64,000 nt of DNA from an uncultured Gemmatimonadaceae bacterium (lineage in GTDB: Bacteria; Gemmatimonadota; Gemmatimonadetes; Gemmatimonadales; Gemmatimonadaceae), in NCBI GenBank assembly GCA_963843845.1, contig CAWJMB010000002.1, positions 672,001-736,000 of the forward strand, read 5' to 3'. The translations under genes and the position numbers were made by a program. Below, one piece after another: positions 27,966 to 38,415 of the stretch (the stretch's first letter is position 1; every line of letters starts with the position of its first letter). The notes beneath the pieces were generated by a model. That model did no database searches. It saw only the letters and a list, made by a program, of their open reading frames with translations, and had not been told where the DNA came from.

Positions 27966-28348
27966 CGCGCGTCACCGGCATCGGCGGCATCTTCTTCGAG
28001 GCGAAGGACCCCGCGGCGTTGCGGGCGTGGTATCAGCGCCACCTCGGCATCGACGTCCAACCCTGGGGCGGCACCGCGTTCACATGGGCGGATGCGGCAG
28101 GGAAGCCGCTCGGCGGGTCCACCATCTGGTCGATCGGCTCGGCGCACAGCGAGCAGTTCGCCCCTGGGACCGCACCGTTCACGATCTGCTACCGGGTGGA
28201 AGACCTCCGCGCGGTGATCAGCGCTCTGCGCGACGAAGGGTGCAACGTGCTCGACAAGATCGACGACTCGGAGTACGGGGTGTTCGGTTGGGTCATCGAC
28301 CCGGAGGGCAACAAGGTGGAGCTCTGGCAGCCGCCGGCCGGCCAATGA
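27962..28348 (+). CDS. VOC/glyoxalase family protein
   Basis: RVTGIGGIFF, DPEGNKVELWQP; ATGA overlap with the preceding gene. Confidence 0.9.
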   Translation: MTRVTGIGGIFFEAKDPAALRAWYQRHLGIDVQPWGGTAFTWADAAGKPLGGSTIWSIGSAHSEQFAPGTAPFTICYRVEDLRAVISALRDEGCNVLDKIDDSEYGVFGWVIDPEGNKVELWQPPAGQ

Positions 28349-28538
28349 CCTGCGCTCGCCGACCGTGATGACCGGCCCCCGGCGGCTCCCCGAGCCGGCG
28401 ATGACGACCTAGCGCCCCACAGCCGCGGGGAGCGAGCACCCGGACAGGAGCACCGCGCTCAGGCGCGGCTGCTGCACCGCCTGGCCCGCGATCGCGCCCC
28501 TCGACTACAGCAGTTCGCGCTCGGCTCGAGCGTCCTCC

Positions 28539-28614
28539 ACAGAAGGAACGGAAGGAACGGAAGGCATACAAGACCAGATCGGGTGCCCTCTTCTGTTCCT
28601 TCTGTTCCTCCTGT
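28539..28614. repeat. REP-like inverted repeat built from 9-bp tandem units
   Basis: ACAGAAGGAACGGAAGGAACGGAAG ... CTTCTGTTCCTTCTGTTCCTCCTGT; 22/25 complementary, two of the mismatches being G-T. Confidence 0.75.
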
Positions 28615-28942
28615 CGAACACTACGGCAACGACATCCGCGATTCGGCGCAGGACCAGCGAGATCGCGAGCTGCGGGTCGGCCCGCCGGACGCCCGTCCGC
28701 GCACTCGCGCACTCACAGACCGCATCGGATCGCGCACGAGACGCTCGTGCGCGCGTCGGCGCGCGTCGCCGTCGGGTGTTTCCCAATCCCGGCCCGGGCC
28801 GTAAGTTTGCGCGCCTCCCCGGCGTCGGTTGCCCGTCCGCCCCGCCTCCTTCCCTCCGCTCGACGCCCCCGACTCGTGGCCGACCCGCCGCGCAAACGGC
28901 CACGGCCGGCCCCAGCCGCCGCCCCGCGCCGATGAGCCGCCG

Positions 28943-31623
28943 ATGAGCACGACGCAGCAGCTCGAGAGCGCGCTGAGCGGCCGCTACCAGGTGGAGCGCG
29001 AGGTCGGCGCCGGCGGCATGGCCACCGTCTACCGCGCGCGCGACCTGCGCCACGACCGCCCCGTGGCGCTCAAGGTCCTCCGCCCCGAGCTCTCGGCCAT
29101 CCTCGGCGCCGAGCGGTTCCTGAAGCGAGATCCGCACGACGGCCAACCTCCAGCACCCGCACATCCTCCCGCTGCACGACTCGGGCGAGGCGAACGGGCT
29201 GGTGTTCTACGTCATGCCGTTCGTCGAGGGCGAGTCGCTGCGCGACCGGCTGTCGCGCGAGACGCAGCTGCCGGTGGACGACGCGGTGCGCATCGCGCGC
29301 GAGGTGGCGAGCGCGCTCGACTACGCGCACCGGCGCGGCGTGGTGCACCGCGACATCAAGCCGGAGAACATCCTGCTGCACGACGGGCAGGCGCTCGTCG
29401 CCGACTTCGGGATCGCGCTCGCCGTGAGCGCCGTCGGCGGCGGCACGCGCCTGACCGAGACGGGGATGTCGTTGGGCACCCCGCACTACATGAGCCCCGA
29501 GCAGGCGATGGGGGAGCGCGAGATCACGGCGCGCTCGGACGTCTACGCGCTCGGCTGCGTGCTCTACGAGATGCTGCTCGGCGAGCCGCCGTTCACGGGG
29601 CCGACGGCGCAGGCCATCGTGGCGCGCGTGATGACGGAGGAGCCGCGCGGGCTCACGGCGCAGCGCAAGTCGGTCCCGCCGCACGTCGAGGCGGCGGTGC
29701 ACACGGCGCTCGCGAAGCTGCCGGCCGACCGGTTCGCGACGGCCGCGGAGTTCGCGGCGGCGCTGGCCGCGCCGGGCTTCACGACGGCGCGGACGGCCGT
29801 CAGCGCCGATCGCGACGCGCGTCCGGCGTCGGGCCGCTGGCTCGCCGACCGGCGCACGCTGGCGACGCTCGCGGGCGCCGCCGCCCTCGTCGTGGCGGCG
29901 CTCGTGCTGCCGCGGGTCATCGGCGCGCGTGGCGCGCGACGGCGCGCAGGGCGACGTCACCACGCGCCTGCGCCTGGTGCTCGACGACACCACCGGCCGG
30001 CGCGTCTACCGCGAGACCCTGCACGGGTCGCCCGCCGTCGCGCCGGACGGGCGGGCGGTGGCGTACGCGGTCGCCGAGGGCGACACGGTCGTGCTCCGCG
30101 TGCAGCGGCTCGACCGCTTCGACCCGTGGGTGGTGGACGGCGGCGGGCGCATGCCATTCTTCTCGCCCGACGGCCGATGGATCGGGTTCCTGCGCGGCGG
30201 CGAGGTGTGGAAGGTCCCCGCGGAGGGCGGGGCGCCGACGCGCCTGGGGTCCCTCGACGAGCACGCGTTCTCGTGGGACGTCGTCACGCCGGGCGTCTGG
30301 CTCCCCGAGGGCGACATCCACTTCACCGGCCCGCGCGGGCTGGTCGTCGTCCCCGCCAACGGCGGCAGCACGCGGACCGTCGCGGTGGGCGATTCGGCGG
30401 GCGGCGGTGAGCCGCTCTTCGATCTGAGTCGCGCCCCGGACGGACGGTTGCTCGCGCAGGTAAGCCGCGACGGGCGCGCGCGTCTGGCGCTGCTCTCGAC
30501 GGACGGCCGGGACGTCCGGCTCCTCCCGGACGACGTGCGGCCTCCCGCGGGCTTCGTCGGCGACCTTCTGGTGTTCGCGCGCGCTGGGCAGCGCTACGCC
30601 AGCGCGTTCGATCCGGCGGCTCTCCGGCCGGTCGGGGAGCCGCTGACGTTGACCGACCTGCCGCCCGTCTCATACGAGGTCGCGGCGTGGCTGCGGCTCG
30701 CTGCCAGCACCGCCTGGGTCGAGGGCACGAGCGCGCCGCGCGTCGAGCCCGTGTGGGTGGACCGGGCGGGGGCGGCGACGCCGGTCGGCGTCGCGGCCAC
30801 GCGCATCCGCTGGCCACGACTCTCGCCCGACGGACGTCGGCTCGCGCTGGCGGTGACGGGCGACCAGCAGCTCGTCGTGGACGATCTCGCCGCGGGCACG
30901 CGGACGCGGCTCCAGGCGCCGGCCGGTCGGACGGAGCCCGTGTGGTTTCACGACGGCACGCGCCTCGTGACCTCGAAGGGGTGGGGCACGTCGCGCAACG
31001 CACTCGTCGTGCAGCGCGCCGACGGCAGCCGCGCGCCGGACACGCTGCTGACCTCCGGGCGCGACCTGTGGCCGACCGACGTGTCGCCCGGCGATTCGCT
31101 GCTGCTCTTCTACGGTGCGACCGAGGGCGACCCGCAGGACGTGCAGGCGCTGCACCTGCGCACCAGGCAGCTCCATCGCCTCGCGCTCCCCGGCGAGCAG
31201 CGCGGCGCCCGCTTCTCGCCCGACATGCGCTGGGTCGCGCTGCAGTCGCGCGAGGGCGGCGGCAGGTACGACGTGCTCGTCGTCCCGTGGCCCTCGCTCG
31301 ACGCACGCCACGTCGTCTCGACCGACGGCGGTGGGGAGGAGCCGATCTGGTCGCGCGACGGGCGCGAGCTGTTCTACCGGCGCGGCGGGCGCGTCATGGT
31401 CGTCCGGGTCACGCCCGGCGAGGCGTGGACCGCGTCGCCGCCGGCGGAGCTGTTCGGCGGGTCCTTCGAGGCCGACCAGTACGGGGACCAGAGCTGGGAC
31501 ATCGCGCCGGACGGGCGGTTCCTCATGCTGCGCGCCGTCGGCCAGCCGCGACTGGAGATCCGCGTGATCCAGCACTGGGCGGCGGAACTGGCGCGCAGGC
31601 TCGCGGACGGAGCGCAGCGGTGA
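28943..31623 (+). CDS. Ser/Thr protein kinase with TM and TolB-like (PD40) beta-propeller; frameshifts near 29125 and 29930
   Basis: GAGGMA, VALK, HRDIKPEN, DFG, GTPHYMSPE; repeated FSPDGRW, LSPDGRR, WSRDGRE. Confidence 0.88.
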
Positions 31624-34364
31624 CCGCCTTCGCGCACGCGGACGAGGCCCTGCTGCAGCGGCTCCGCCAGTCGCTCGGCGCGAGCTACAGGCTCGAGCGC
31701 GAGCTGGGCGGCGGGGGGATGAGCCGCGTGTTCGTCGCGCGCGAAGAGGCGTTAGGCCGCGACGTCGTCGTGAAGGTGCTCGCGCCGGAGCTGGCCCAAG
31801 GGCTGAGCGCCGAGCGGTTCGCGCGCGAGATCCGGCTGGCGGCCGCGCTGCAGGAGCCGCACATCGTGCCGGTGCTCGCCGCCGGCGTGACCGACGGCGG
31901 GCTGCCGTACTACACGATGCCCTACGTGCGCGGCGAGTCGCTCCGCGCGCGCCTCGCCGCCGGCGCGGTGCCGCTCCGCGAGGCGCTCGGCGTGCTGCGC
32001 GACGTCGCGCGGGCGCTCGCCTACGCGCACCGTCAGGGGGTGGTGCACCGCGACGTCAAGCCGGAGAACGTGCTGCTCCACGAGGGCACGGCGGTCGTCA
32101 CCGACTTCGGCATCGCCAAGGCGCTCAGCGCGTCCAAGACCCGGGCGCCGGGCGGGCCCGCGGGCGGCACGCTCACGCAGGTCGGCACGTCGTTAGGCAC
32201 GCCTGCCTACATGGCGCCGGAGCAGGCCGCGGGCGACGACGTCGACCACCGCGCGGACCTGTACGCGTGGGGCGTCGTGGCGTACGAGCTGCTCGCGGGG
32301 CGGCACCCGTTCGCCGGGAAGGCGACCGCGCAGCAGCTCATCGCCGCGCACATCGCCGAGCCGCCGCGACCGTTGGGCGACGTCGCGCCGAACGTGCCGG
32401 CGCCGCTCGCGGCGCTCGTCATGCGGACGCTCGCCAAGCATCCCGCCGACCGCCCCGCGGACGCGGACGCGCTGCTGGCCGAGCTCGACGTGGTGCCGCT
32501 GACGAGCGGCCCGCAGTCGACCCCGGCGGCGGCGCCCGCGCGGGCCCGTCTGCGGCGCGCGGCGCCGTACGCGATCGCGGCCCTCGCGCTCGTGGCCGTC
32601 GGGGGCGCGCTGGCCTGGCGCGCGCGTGCCGGCACCGCGCCGGCCGGCGGCGGCCCACCGATGGTGGCGGTGCTGCCCTTCGAGTCCGCCGGCGGGGCGC
32701 CCGGTCTCGTGCCGGATACGGCCTTCGCCGACGGCCTCGGCGACGCGATCACCGGCAAGCTCGCCCGCCTGCAGGGGCTGCGCGTGATCGACCGCGCGAG
32801 CGTGCGCACGATCGACGACGCGGCGGCGCGCCCGCAGGCCGCCGGTCGCACGCTCGGCGCCGACTACGTGCTCCGGGCGACGCTCCGCTGGGCGCGCGGC
32901 GCCGACGGGCAGCCGCGCGTGCAGGTAAGCCCCGTGCTCGTGCGCGTCGCGGACGGCGGCGTGCGGTGGGCAGGCGAGCCGACCGTGGTCGCGCCGAGCG
33001 ACCCGTTCGCCGTGCAGGGGACGCTCGCCGCCGCGGTGGTCGAGGCGCTCGACGTGGCGCTCGCCCCCGCCGAGCGGGCGGGGCTCGCGCGGCCGGCCAC
33101 GACCGACACGGCGGCCTTCGCAGCGGCGGAGCGGGGCCGTCGGCTCTGGGCGCGTGCCGAGCAGGGGACGCGGCAGCAGCAGGAGCAGGCGCTCCGCGAG
33201 TTCGAGCGCGCCTACCAGCGCGACCCCGAGTACGCCGACGCGCTCGGGTGGGCGGCGCACGCGCTCGAGTGGATGGCGCAGCAGGGCGCGCCGCCAGCCC
33301 TCTACGACTCGGCCGCCGTGCTCGCGCGCCGCGCGCTCGCGCTGGACCCGGGGCAGCCACAGGCGGTCAACGCGCTCTCGGTGGTCGAACTGGTGCGCGG
33401 CCGTCCGGGCGAGGCCGACCGACTGGTCGAGCGCGCCGCACGGGCGCTCCCATCCAGTGCCTCGCTGCAGGGCCTCCTCGCCAGTGCGCGCTACCAGGCC
33501 GGGGACTCCGCGGGCTCCGTGGACGCACGGGCGCGCGCCGTCGCACTCGCGCCGCGGTCACGCGAAGTCCTGTTGGGGGGCGTGTATAACATGCTGGCGC
33601 TCCGGCGCTACGACGACGCGCGCGACCTGCTCGCCCGCGCGCGCGCGCTGGACCCGGCGGCGGGCGACGTGCGGTACGTGACCGCACTCGTGGCGCTCGC
33701 GGTCGGCGACACGGCCGGCCAGAGCGCGGCGGTGCGCGCGCTCCGCGCCGGGGGCACCGGCGTCAGCGCCAGCGTTCTGTTCCACATGCGGACCGGCGAC
33801 GCCGCGCTGCAGCAGGAACTCGCGGTGCTCTCCCTAACCGCGCTCGGCGGCGCGCCGTCGGCCGGCGACAGCGCCGCCTACTACACCCAGAAGGCGCAGC
33901 TCTTCCTGACACGCGGCGAAGTCGCCCGGGCGCGCGCGCTCGCCGACTCCGGCCTCGCCGTGTCCGCCGCCCTGGCGGCGGCCCACCCGGCGGGCTCGCC
34001 CGATGCGGCGACCTGGTGGCGTGCCGTCGCGTGGTTCGCCGCCGCGCGCGGGGATCGTTCCGCCGCGCTGGCCGCGCTCCGACGAGGCGCCGCGGACCCG
34101 TTGATCCCGGGACGGCGGGGCGGGCAGGAGGACGCCGTGCAGACCTGTACCAGCGCGGAGGTGTACGGCCTGCTGGGGGACGTCGAGACGATGCTTCCCC
34201 TGCTCAGGCGGTGCCTGACGATGTCCAACGGCTACCACCTGTCCCAGCTCGGCGACCCGGAGTTCCGGCCGTACCGCGACGACCCGCGCGTGCGCGCGCT
34301 GGCGGCGGAGCTCGCGGCGGCCCAGGCGCGCGCGCGCAGCACGCCGATCACGCCGTCGCGATGA
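31620..34364 (+). CDS. Ser/Thr protein kinase with TM, TolB_N-like domain and TPR repeats
   Basis: GGGGMS, HRDVKPEN, DFG, GTPAYMAPE; VAVLPFE; RALALDP-type repeats; GTGA overlap. Confidence 0.9.
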   Translation: MTAFAHADEALLQRLRQSLGASYRLERELGGGGMSRVFVAREEALGRDVVVKVLAPELAQGLSAERFAREIRLAAALQEPHIVPVLAAGVTDGGLPYYTMPYVRGESLRARLAAGAVPLREALGVLRDVARALAYAHRQGVVHRDVKPENVLLHEGTAVVTDFGIAKALSASKTRAPGGPAGGTLTQVGTSLGTPAYMAPEQAAGDDVDHRADLYAWGVVAYELLAGRHPFAGKATAQQLIAAHIAEPPRPLGDVAPNVPAPLAALVMRTLAKHPADRPADADALLAELDVVPLTSGPQSTPAAAPARARLRRAAPYAIAALALVAVGGALAWRARAGTAPAGGGPPMVAVLPFESAGGAPGLVPDTAFADGLGDAITGKLARLQGLRVIDRASVRTIDDAAARPQAAGRTLGADYVLRATLRWARGADGQPRVQVSPVLVRVADGGVRWAGEPTVVAPSDPFAVQGTLAAAVVEALDVALAPAERAGLARPATTDTAAFAAAERGRRLWARAEQGTRQQQEQALREFERAYQRDPEYADALGWAAHALEWMAQQGAPPALYDSAAVLARRALALDPGQPQAVNALSVVELVRGRPGEADRLVERAARALPSSASLQGLLASARYQAGDSAGSVDARARAVALAPRSREVLLGGVYNMLALRRYDDARDLLARARALDPAAGDVRYVTALVALAVGDTAGQSAAVRALRAGGTGVSASVLFHMRTGDAALQQELAVLSLTALGGAPSAGDSAAYYTQKAQLFLTRGEVARARALADSGLAVSAALAAAHPAGSPDAATWWRAVAWFAAARGDRSAALAALRRGAADPLIPGRRGGQEDAVQTCTSAEVYGLLGDVETMLPLLRRCLTMSNGYHLSQLGDPEFRPYRDDPRVRALAAELAAAQARARSTPITPSR

Positions 34365-35206
34365 AGAAGCGCACCTCACGACCGATGGCGGTGCGCGCGG
34401 ACTCCTCGCCACCACCGCCCGTCTCGCCGGCCGAGCCACCGCCGCGGACCGCGTGGCCTTCGCTCCGCCTCCGCATCGACTGGCGCTTCGCCGCGGGCCA
34501 GGTGCTCCTCACCGCGCTCGGCGTCGCGCTCGCGATGGCCGCCAGCGCCTGGTGGGGCGACCGGCAGGAGCGCGTGCGCGAGCGGAGCGAGCTGCGGAAC
34601 GCGCTCGACGCCGCGCGCGAGACCGAGCGGCGGCTCCGGCAGGCGCTGTACGAGGACAGCCTCTCGCTGGCGGCCAACGAGCGGTTGATGACGGCGCGCG
34701 CCGCCGTGCCCGATGACTCGCTCTACGGACTCTTCATCGACGGCCAGCAGTACGCGGACGCGCGCGCGGTCGTGACGCCGTTCGCCGCGATGATCCAGAA
34801 CGGCGACATCCACCTCGTCCGGGACGCGCGGTTACGCGCGATGCTGCCAGCGTACGTCGGGGAGATCCAGACCCGCACCCACGAGGTCGACGAGTTCAAC
34901 GCGATCCAGAAGCAGGTGCTCCTTCGCTATCCGGCGATCCTGACGCTTCGGCCCCGGCCGCCGGCCCGGGAGCACGCGGCGGGGCTGCGTGCGGACCCCG
35001 AGGTGTGGCGGCTGGTGTGGCTGTCGGCGACCGCGAACGGCAACATGCTCAGCCAGAACCGCATCATGCTGCGGGCGACCTCGGCGCTCCGCGCGGAGCT
35101 CGAGCGCGTGCTGGGTGAGCGCCCCGTGCCGCTCCCGCAGCCGCGGCTCCGGCGTGACTCGTTCTTACATCCGGCCGAGCGCGCCCGACTACCGCTGGAT
35201 GGGTGA
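34361..35206 (+). CDS. Membrane-anchored helical hypothetical protein
   Basis: ATGA-coupled; TM segment VLLTALGVALAMAASAWW, then MIQNGDIHLVRDARLR. Confidence 0.6.
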   Translation: MKKRTSRPMAVRADSSPPPPVSPAEPPPRTAWPSLRLRIDWRFAAGQVLLTALGVALAMAASAWWGDRQERVRERSELRNALDAARETERRLRQALYEDSLSLAANERLMTARAAVPDDSLYGLFIDGQQYADARAVVTPFAAMIQNGDIHLVRDARLRAMLPAYVGEIQTRTHEVDEFNAIQKQVLLRYPAILTLRPRPPAREHAAGLRADPEVWRLVWLSATANGNMLSQNRIMLRATSALRAELERVLGERPVPLPQPRLRRDSFLHPAERARLPLDG

Positions 35207-35347
35207 CACCGCGTCTCGTGTCACACGACCCCTGACACGCGACGTCGTGTGTGACGAGATCCGAGTGCATCGCCTGCCGCGAGTCGCCAGACGGCATAAG
35301 GCTTCGTGAGCCGGCCGAGCCCCGACAATGTGGGACGCGCGACACTC

Positions 35348-35447
35348 CGACGGGAACTACTGTCGTACATCGAGGACCTCAGGAGGAGAAAGAGGCTCGA
35401 CGCCGACCAGCCGCACCGGATCGCGGAGAAGAAGCGCGTGCGAGCGT
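35348..35447 (+). repeat. Diverged duplicate of the last ~100 bp of ettA
   Basis: Encodes GNY/SYIEDLRRRKRLDADQPHRIAEKKRVRA versus ett[33 protein letters not shown] (23481-23580). Confidence 0.88.
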
Positions 35448-35542
35448 TCTTGAGCGAAGGCCCACTCGGGCCGCTCGTCGACGGCACGTCCGGGACCCTC
35501 ACCCACCGCAGTCGCTCCGCTCCCCGTCGCGCTCGCGCGGTC

Positions 35543-37078
35543 TCAACGCGACGCGGGCCCGACTGGCCGTGCTGGTTCCGCGGGTGTGCCCAGGGCGCGC
35601 CTCGCGCCGGTCCGCTCCGCGCGCGACACGAGGATGCGTGCCAACCGGTTGACGCTGGCGATGCTCGCCCGCCCTTGCGCGTCGTGACTGAGGGCGAGCC
35701 GCACGATGACGAGGCCGTGCGCCGGCGATACGAGGATCACCTGGCCGAAGTTGCCGCTCGCGAAGAAGCTGTCGGGCGGCGCGCCGGTCGCGCGGCGGCG
35801 CGTGGCGCCCTCGCTGTCGCCCCGATTGGTCCAGAAGCCGGCGCCGTACCCGACCGACGCGACTGAGGTCGCCCGGGCGGAGTAGTCGACCCACCCGGCG
35901 GGCAGGATCCGCCTGTCTCCGACCATGCCGTCGCGCGCGTAGAGCCACCCGAACCGGGCCCAGTCGCGCGCCGTCGCGACGACGTGGGTCGCGCCGAGCG
36001 GCGTCCCGGCGCCGTCAAATTCGAAGAGCGCTGAGCGCATGCCCAGCGGTCCGAACAGCCGCGCGTGTGCGAACCGCACGACCTCAGCGGGGGTGCCGCC
36101 CGCGGCGGAGCGCACGAGACGCGACAGCAGGGCGTAGTTGCCGTCCGTGTACGCCCATCGAGTTCCTGGGGGAGACTGCAGCGGCTCGCGCGCCGCGAAC
36201 GCTGCCATGTCGGACGTCTGGAACAGCATGCGGGAGTTGGCATCGAAGCCGCTCCCCGTCTGCGCCGGCAGACCGCTCACGTGGCGCAACAGCGCGTCCA
36301 CCGTCGGGTGCCGTCGCGCGTCGAGCTCGCGCCACTCCGTCACTGGCGCCGGCGCGTCTAGTCGCACCGTGCCATCGGCGACGAGGCTGCCAATCAGCGC
36401 GTTCGTGACCGACTTCGCCACGGACCAGGTATGAAATCGGGACGCGGGGCCGTAGCCGGGCGCATACCGCTCGGCGACGAGCCGGCCGTCCTGGACGACG
36501 ACGATGGCCTTCACGCGCAGCCCGCGTCCGCCGTCCGTCGCCGTGAAGGCACCGTCGACTGCCGCGCCGATCACGGGATCCGCGGTCGTCATCACATCAC
36601 TCGGTGCGCCGAGCGGGTCGGCGGCGAACAGGAGCCCGCCGGCGGCGACGGGCAGGGGCGCCGTACCACCGTCGAGGAGCGTGCACCCGCGGCCGGCGAC
36701 GAAGCGCGCCTGGCTCGCCCCGGCGCCGAGCACCGAGGCGCGCACCTCGGCGTGCGCCTCGTCGACGCGATAGCGAAGCGTCCGGCCGAGGAGCCGCGTG
36801 CCCGGGGCCTCGGCAAGGTGCTCGCGGCGCATGACCGCCGGGTCACGGCCAGCGACGAAGCGCTCGGTGCACAGCGAGTGCGCGGTCAGGCCGGTCGCCG
36901 CGTGCAGGGGGCGCTCGAGCGCGCAGGTTGTCGTGCCGGCCAGGATCCCGAGGGCCGCGACCGGGCCGGAGGCGCGGCGGACCACGGCGCGCGCGCACCG
37001 CACGACGCGCGCGCCGCGTGGGCGCGCGCGATCGGCATCGTGCGATCCAACGGTCGACTGGCCGACGCGATTCGTCAT
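35543..37078 (-). CDS. Beta-lactamase-family serine hydrolase
   Basis: WSVAKS (SxxK), LLRHVSGL, PGTRWAY, ARDWARFG, ASGNFGQ. Confidence 0.85.
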   Translation of the reverse strand: MTNRVGQSTVGSHDADRARPRGARVVRCARAVVRRASGPVAALGILAGTTTCALERPLHAATGLTAHSLCTERFVAGRDPAVMRREHLAEAPGTRLLGRTLRYRVDEAHAEVRASVLGAGASQARFVAGRGCTLLDGGTAPLPVAAGGLLFAADPLGAPSDVMTTADPVIGAAVDGAFTATDGGRGLRVKAIVVVQDGRLVAERYAPGYGPASRFHTWSVAKSVTNALIGSLVADGTVRLDAPAPVTEWRELDARRHPTVDALLRHVSGLPAQTGSGFDANSRMLFQTSDMAAFAAREPLQSPPGTRWAYTDGNYALLSRLVRSAAGGTPAEVVRFAHARLFGPLGMRSALFEFDGAGTPLGATHVVATARDWARFGWLYARDGMVGDRRILPAGWVDYSARATSVASVGYGAGFWTNRGDSEGATRRRATGAPPDSFFASGNFGQVILVSPAHGLVIVRLALSHDAQGRASIASVNRLARILVSRAERTGARRALGTPAEPARPVGPASR

Positions 37079-37106
37079 ACGGATGTCCGATCGTGTGGGT
37101 CGTCGG

Positions 37107-38327
37107 TCACGGGCCGCGCGTCGTCCGCGCCGCGGGCCCGATCGCGGCCGGCCGCGCGTACTCGACCTGCAGCGCCACGAAGTCCGCCGTGCGCGCCCCG
37201 TACCGGGCAGCGACGCCGTCCAGTGCGTCGTCCAGCGCGCGGGCAGCGCCCCTCCCAGCTCCCGGCTCCACGACGACGTCCATCCCTCCGGCACGGCCGT
37301 CCGGCCCGGTGACGCGGTCCGGGAGCAGGCGGAGCCCACCGCGGGTCACGACGGGCCCCGTCGCGGCGGCGAGCGTCACCACCTGCGACCGTGCCGTGCG
37401 CGAGTATGCGTCCGCGGTGAGCGCGAGGGCCACTTCGTCGACACCCGGATCGACTGGCACGCCGATCGTCTCGTGCCGCCAGACCGCGAGCCGGTTGGCG
37501 AGGAAGGTCCGCACCCGCGCGCCGCCGAGCTGGAAGGCGTCGCTCCGGTGTGACTCGTCCCAGGCGGCGAGCCCGAGCGCACGGGCCAGGGTGTCGGCGC
37601 GGCCGCTCCCGGCAATCGCCTCGACGAGCGCGAGCGACAGCGGGATGGACGCGGACACGCCGGTCGTCGTCGCGACGCCACGGTCCACGACGTAGCGCCG
37701 GTCGCGCACCCAGCGGGCGGTCGGGTACGCCTTGCGCAGCCCCTCCACGTCGTGCCAGTGACCGGTGAATGCGTGCCCGTCGAGCAGCCCCGCCTTCCCG
37801 ACCACCTGCACGCCGGAGCAGATGCCGACGATCGTCGCGCCGCGCGCCGCCTGCGTGCGGATCCACGCCAGCGCGTCGGGATCGTCGGCGCGGAGCATCG
37901 CCGGCACGATCACGTAATCGGCTCCCTCCGGGTACGCGGCGTCGAACGCAGCAGTGGTCGTCGCCGCCTCGACCCGCAGGGCCGGCCACAACCGGACGGG
38001 ACCGACTCGCGTGCCGACGGCGATCACGTCGGCGACATCGGCGCGATGGAGCACGCCGTAGGGCACGAGGAAGTCCGTCGTCTCGGTACCGGCATTCGCG
38101 GCGACGACAGCGATCACGGGACGCGGGCGCGCGGGCCGCACACCGCTGCCGTGCCGGAGCGCGGCGACGGTCGCCGCATGCTCGATGGCGCTCACGGGCG
38201 TCGTGGCGACGGGCGCCAGGGGGTCGGACGGCGACTGGGCGGGGTGGTCGGTGCCGGCGGTGGCGAGGGCCACGGCGGCGAGCGCACCGAGCGGCGCCAG
38301 CAGCAGGAACAGGGGCGAGCGAGACAT
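37107..38327 (-). CDS. DJ-1/PfpI family protein with signal peptide
   Basis: GTETTDFLVPY, IVPAM, GICSG, TTTGVSASIP. Confidence 0.82.
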   Translation of the reverse strand: MSRSPLFLLLAPLGALAAVALATAGTDHPAQSPSDPLAPVATTPVSAIEHAATVAALRHGSGVRPARPRPVIAVVAANAGTETTDFLVPYGVLHRADVADVIAVGTRVGPVRLWPALRVEAATTTAAFDAAYPEGADYVIVPAMLRADDPDALAWIRTQAARGATIVGICSGVQVVGKAGLLDGHAFTGHWHDVEGLRKAYPTARWVRDRRYVVDRGVATTTGVSASIPLSLALVEAIAGSGRADTLARALGLAAWDESHRSDAFQLGGARVRTFLANRLAVWRHETIGVPVDPGVDEVALALTADAYSRTARSQVVTLAAATGPVVTRGGLRLLPDRVTGPDGRAGGMDVVVEPGAGRGAARALDDALDGVAARYGARTADFVALQVEYARPAAIGPAARTTRGP

Positions 38328-38415
38328 GGGTCGGGCGGGGTCGGCCGTCGTGAGCTCTCGACGTGAGCACGTGGTAGGGCTGGCAGGATGCAGCAGCGTC
38401 CTGAACGGGGCGGCG

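Noticed and set aside
35306..35866. 186-aa ORF as a real gene
   Set aside because: Its only recognisable part is the ettA duplicate; the rest is antisense to the serine hydrolase.
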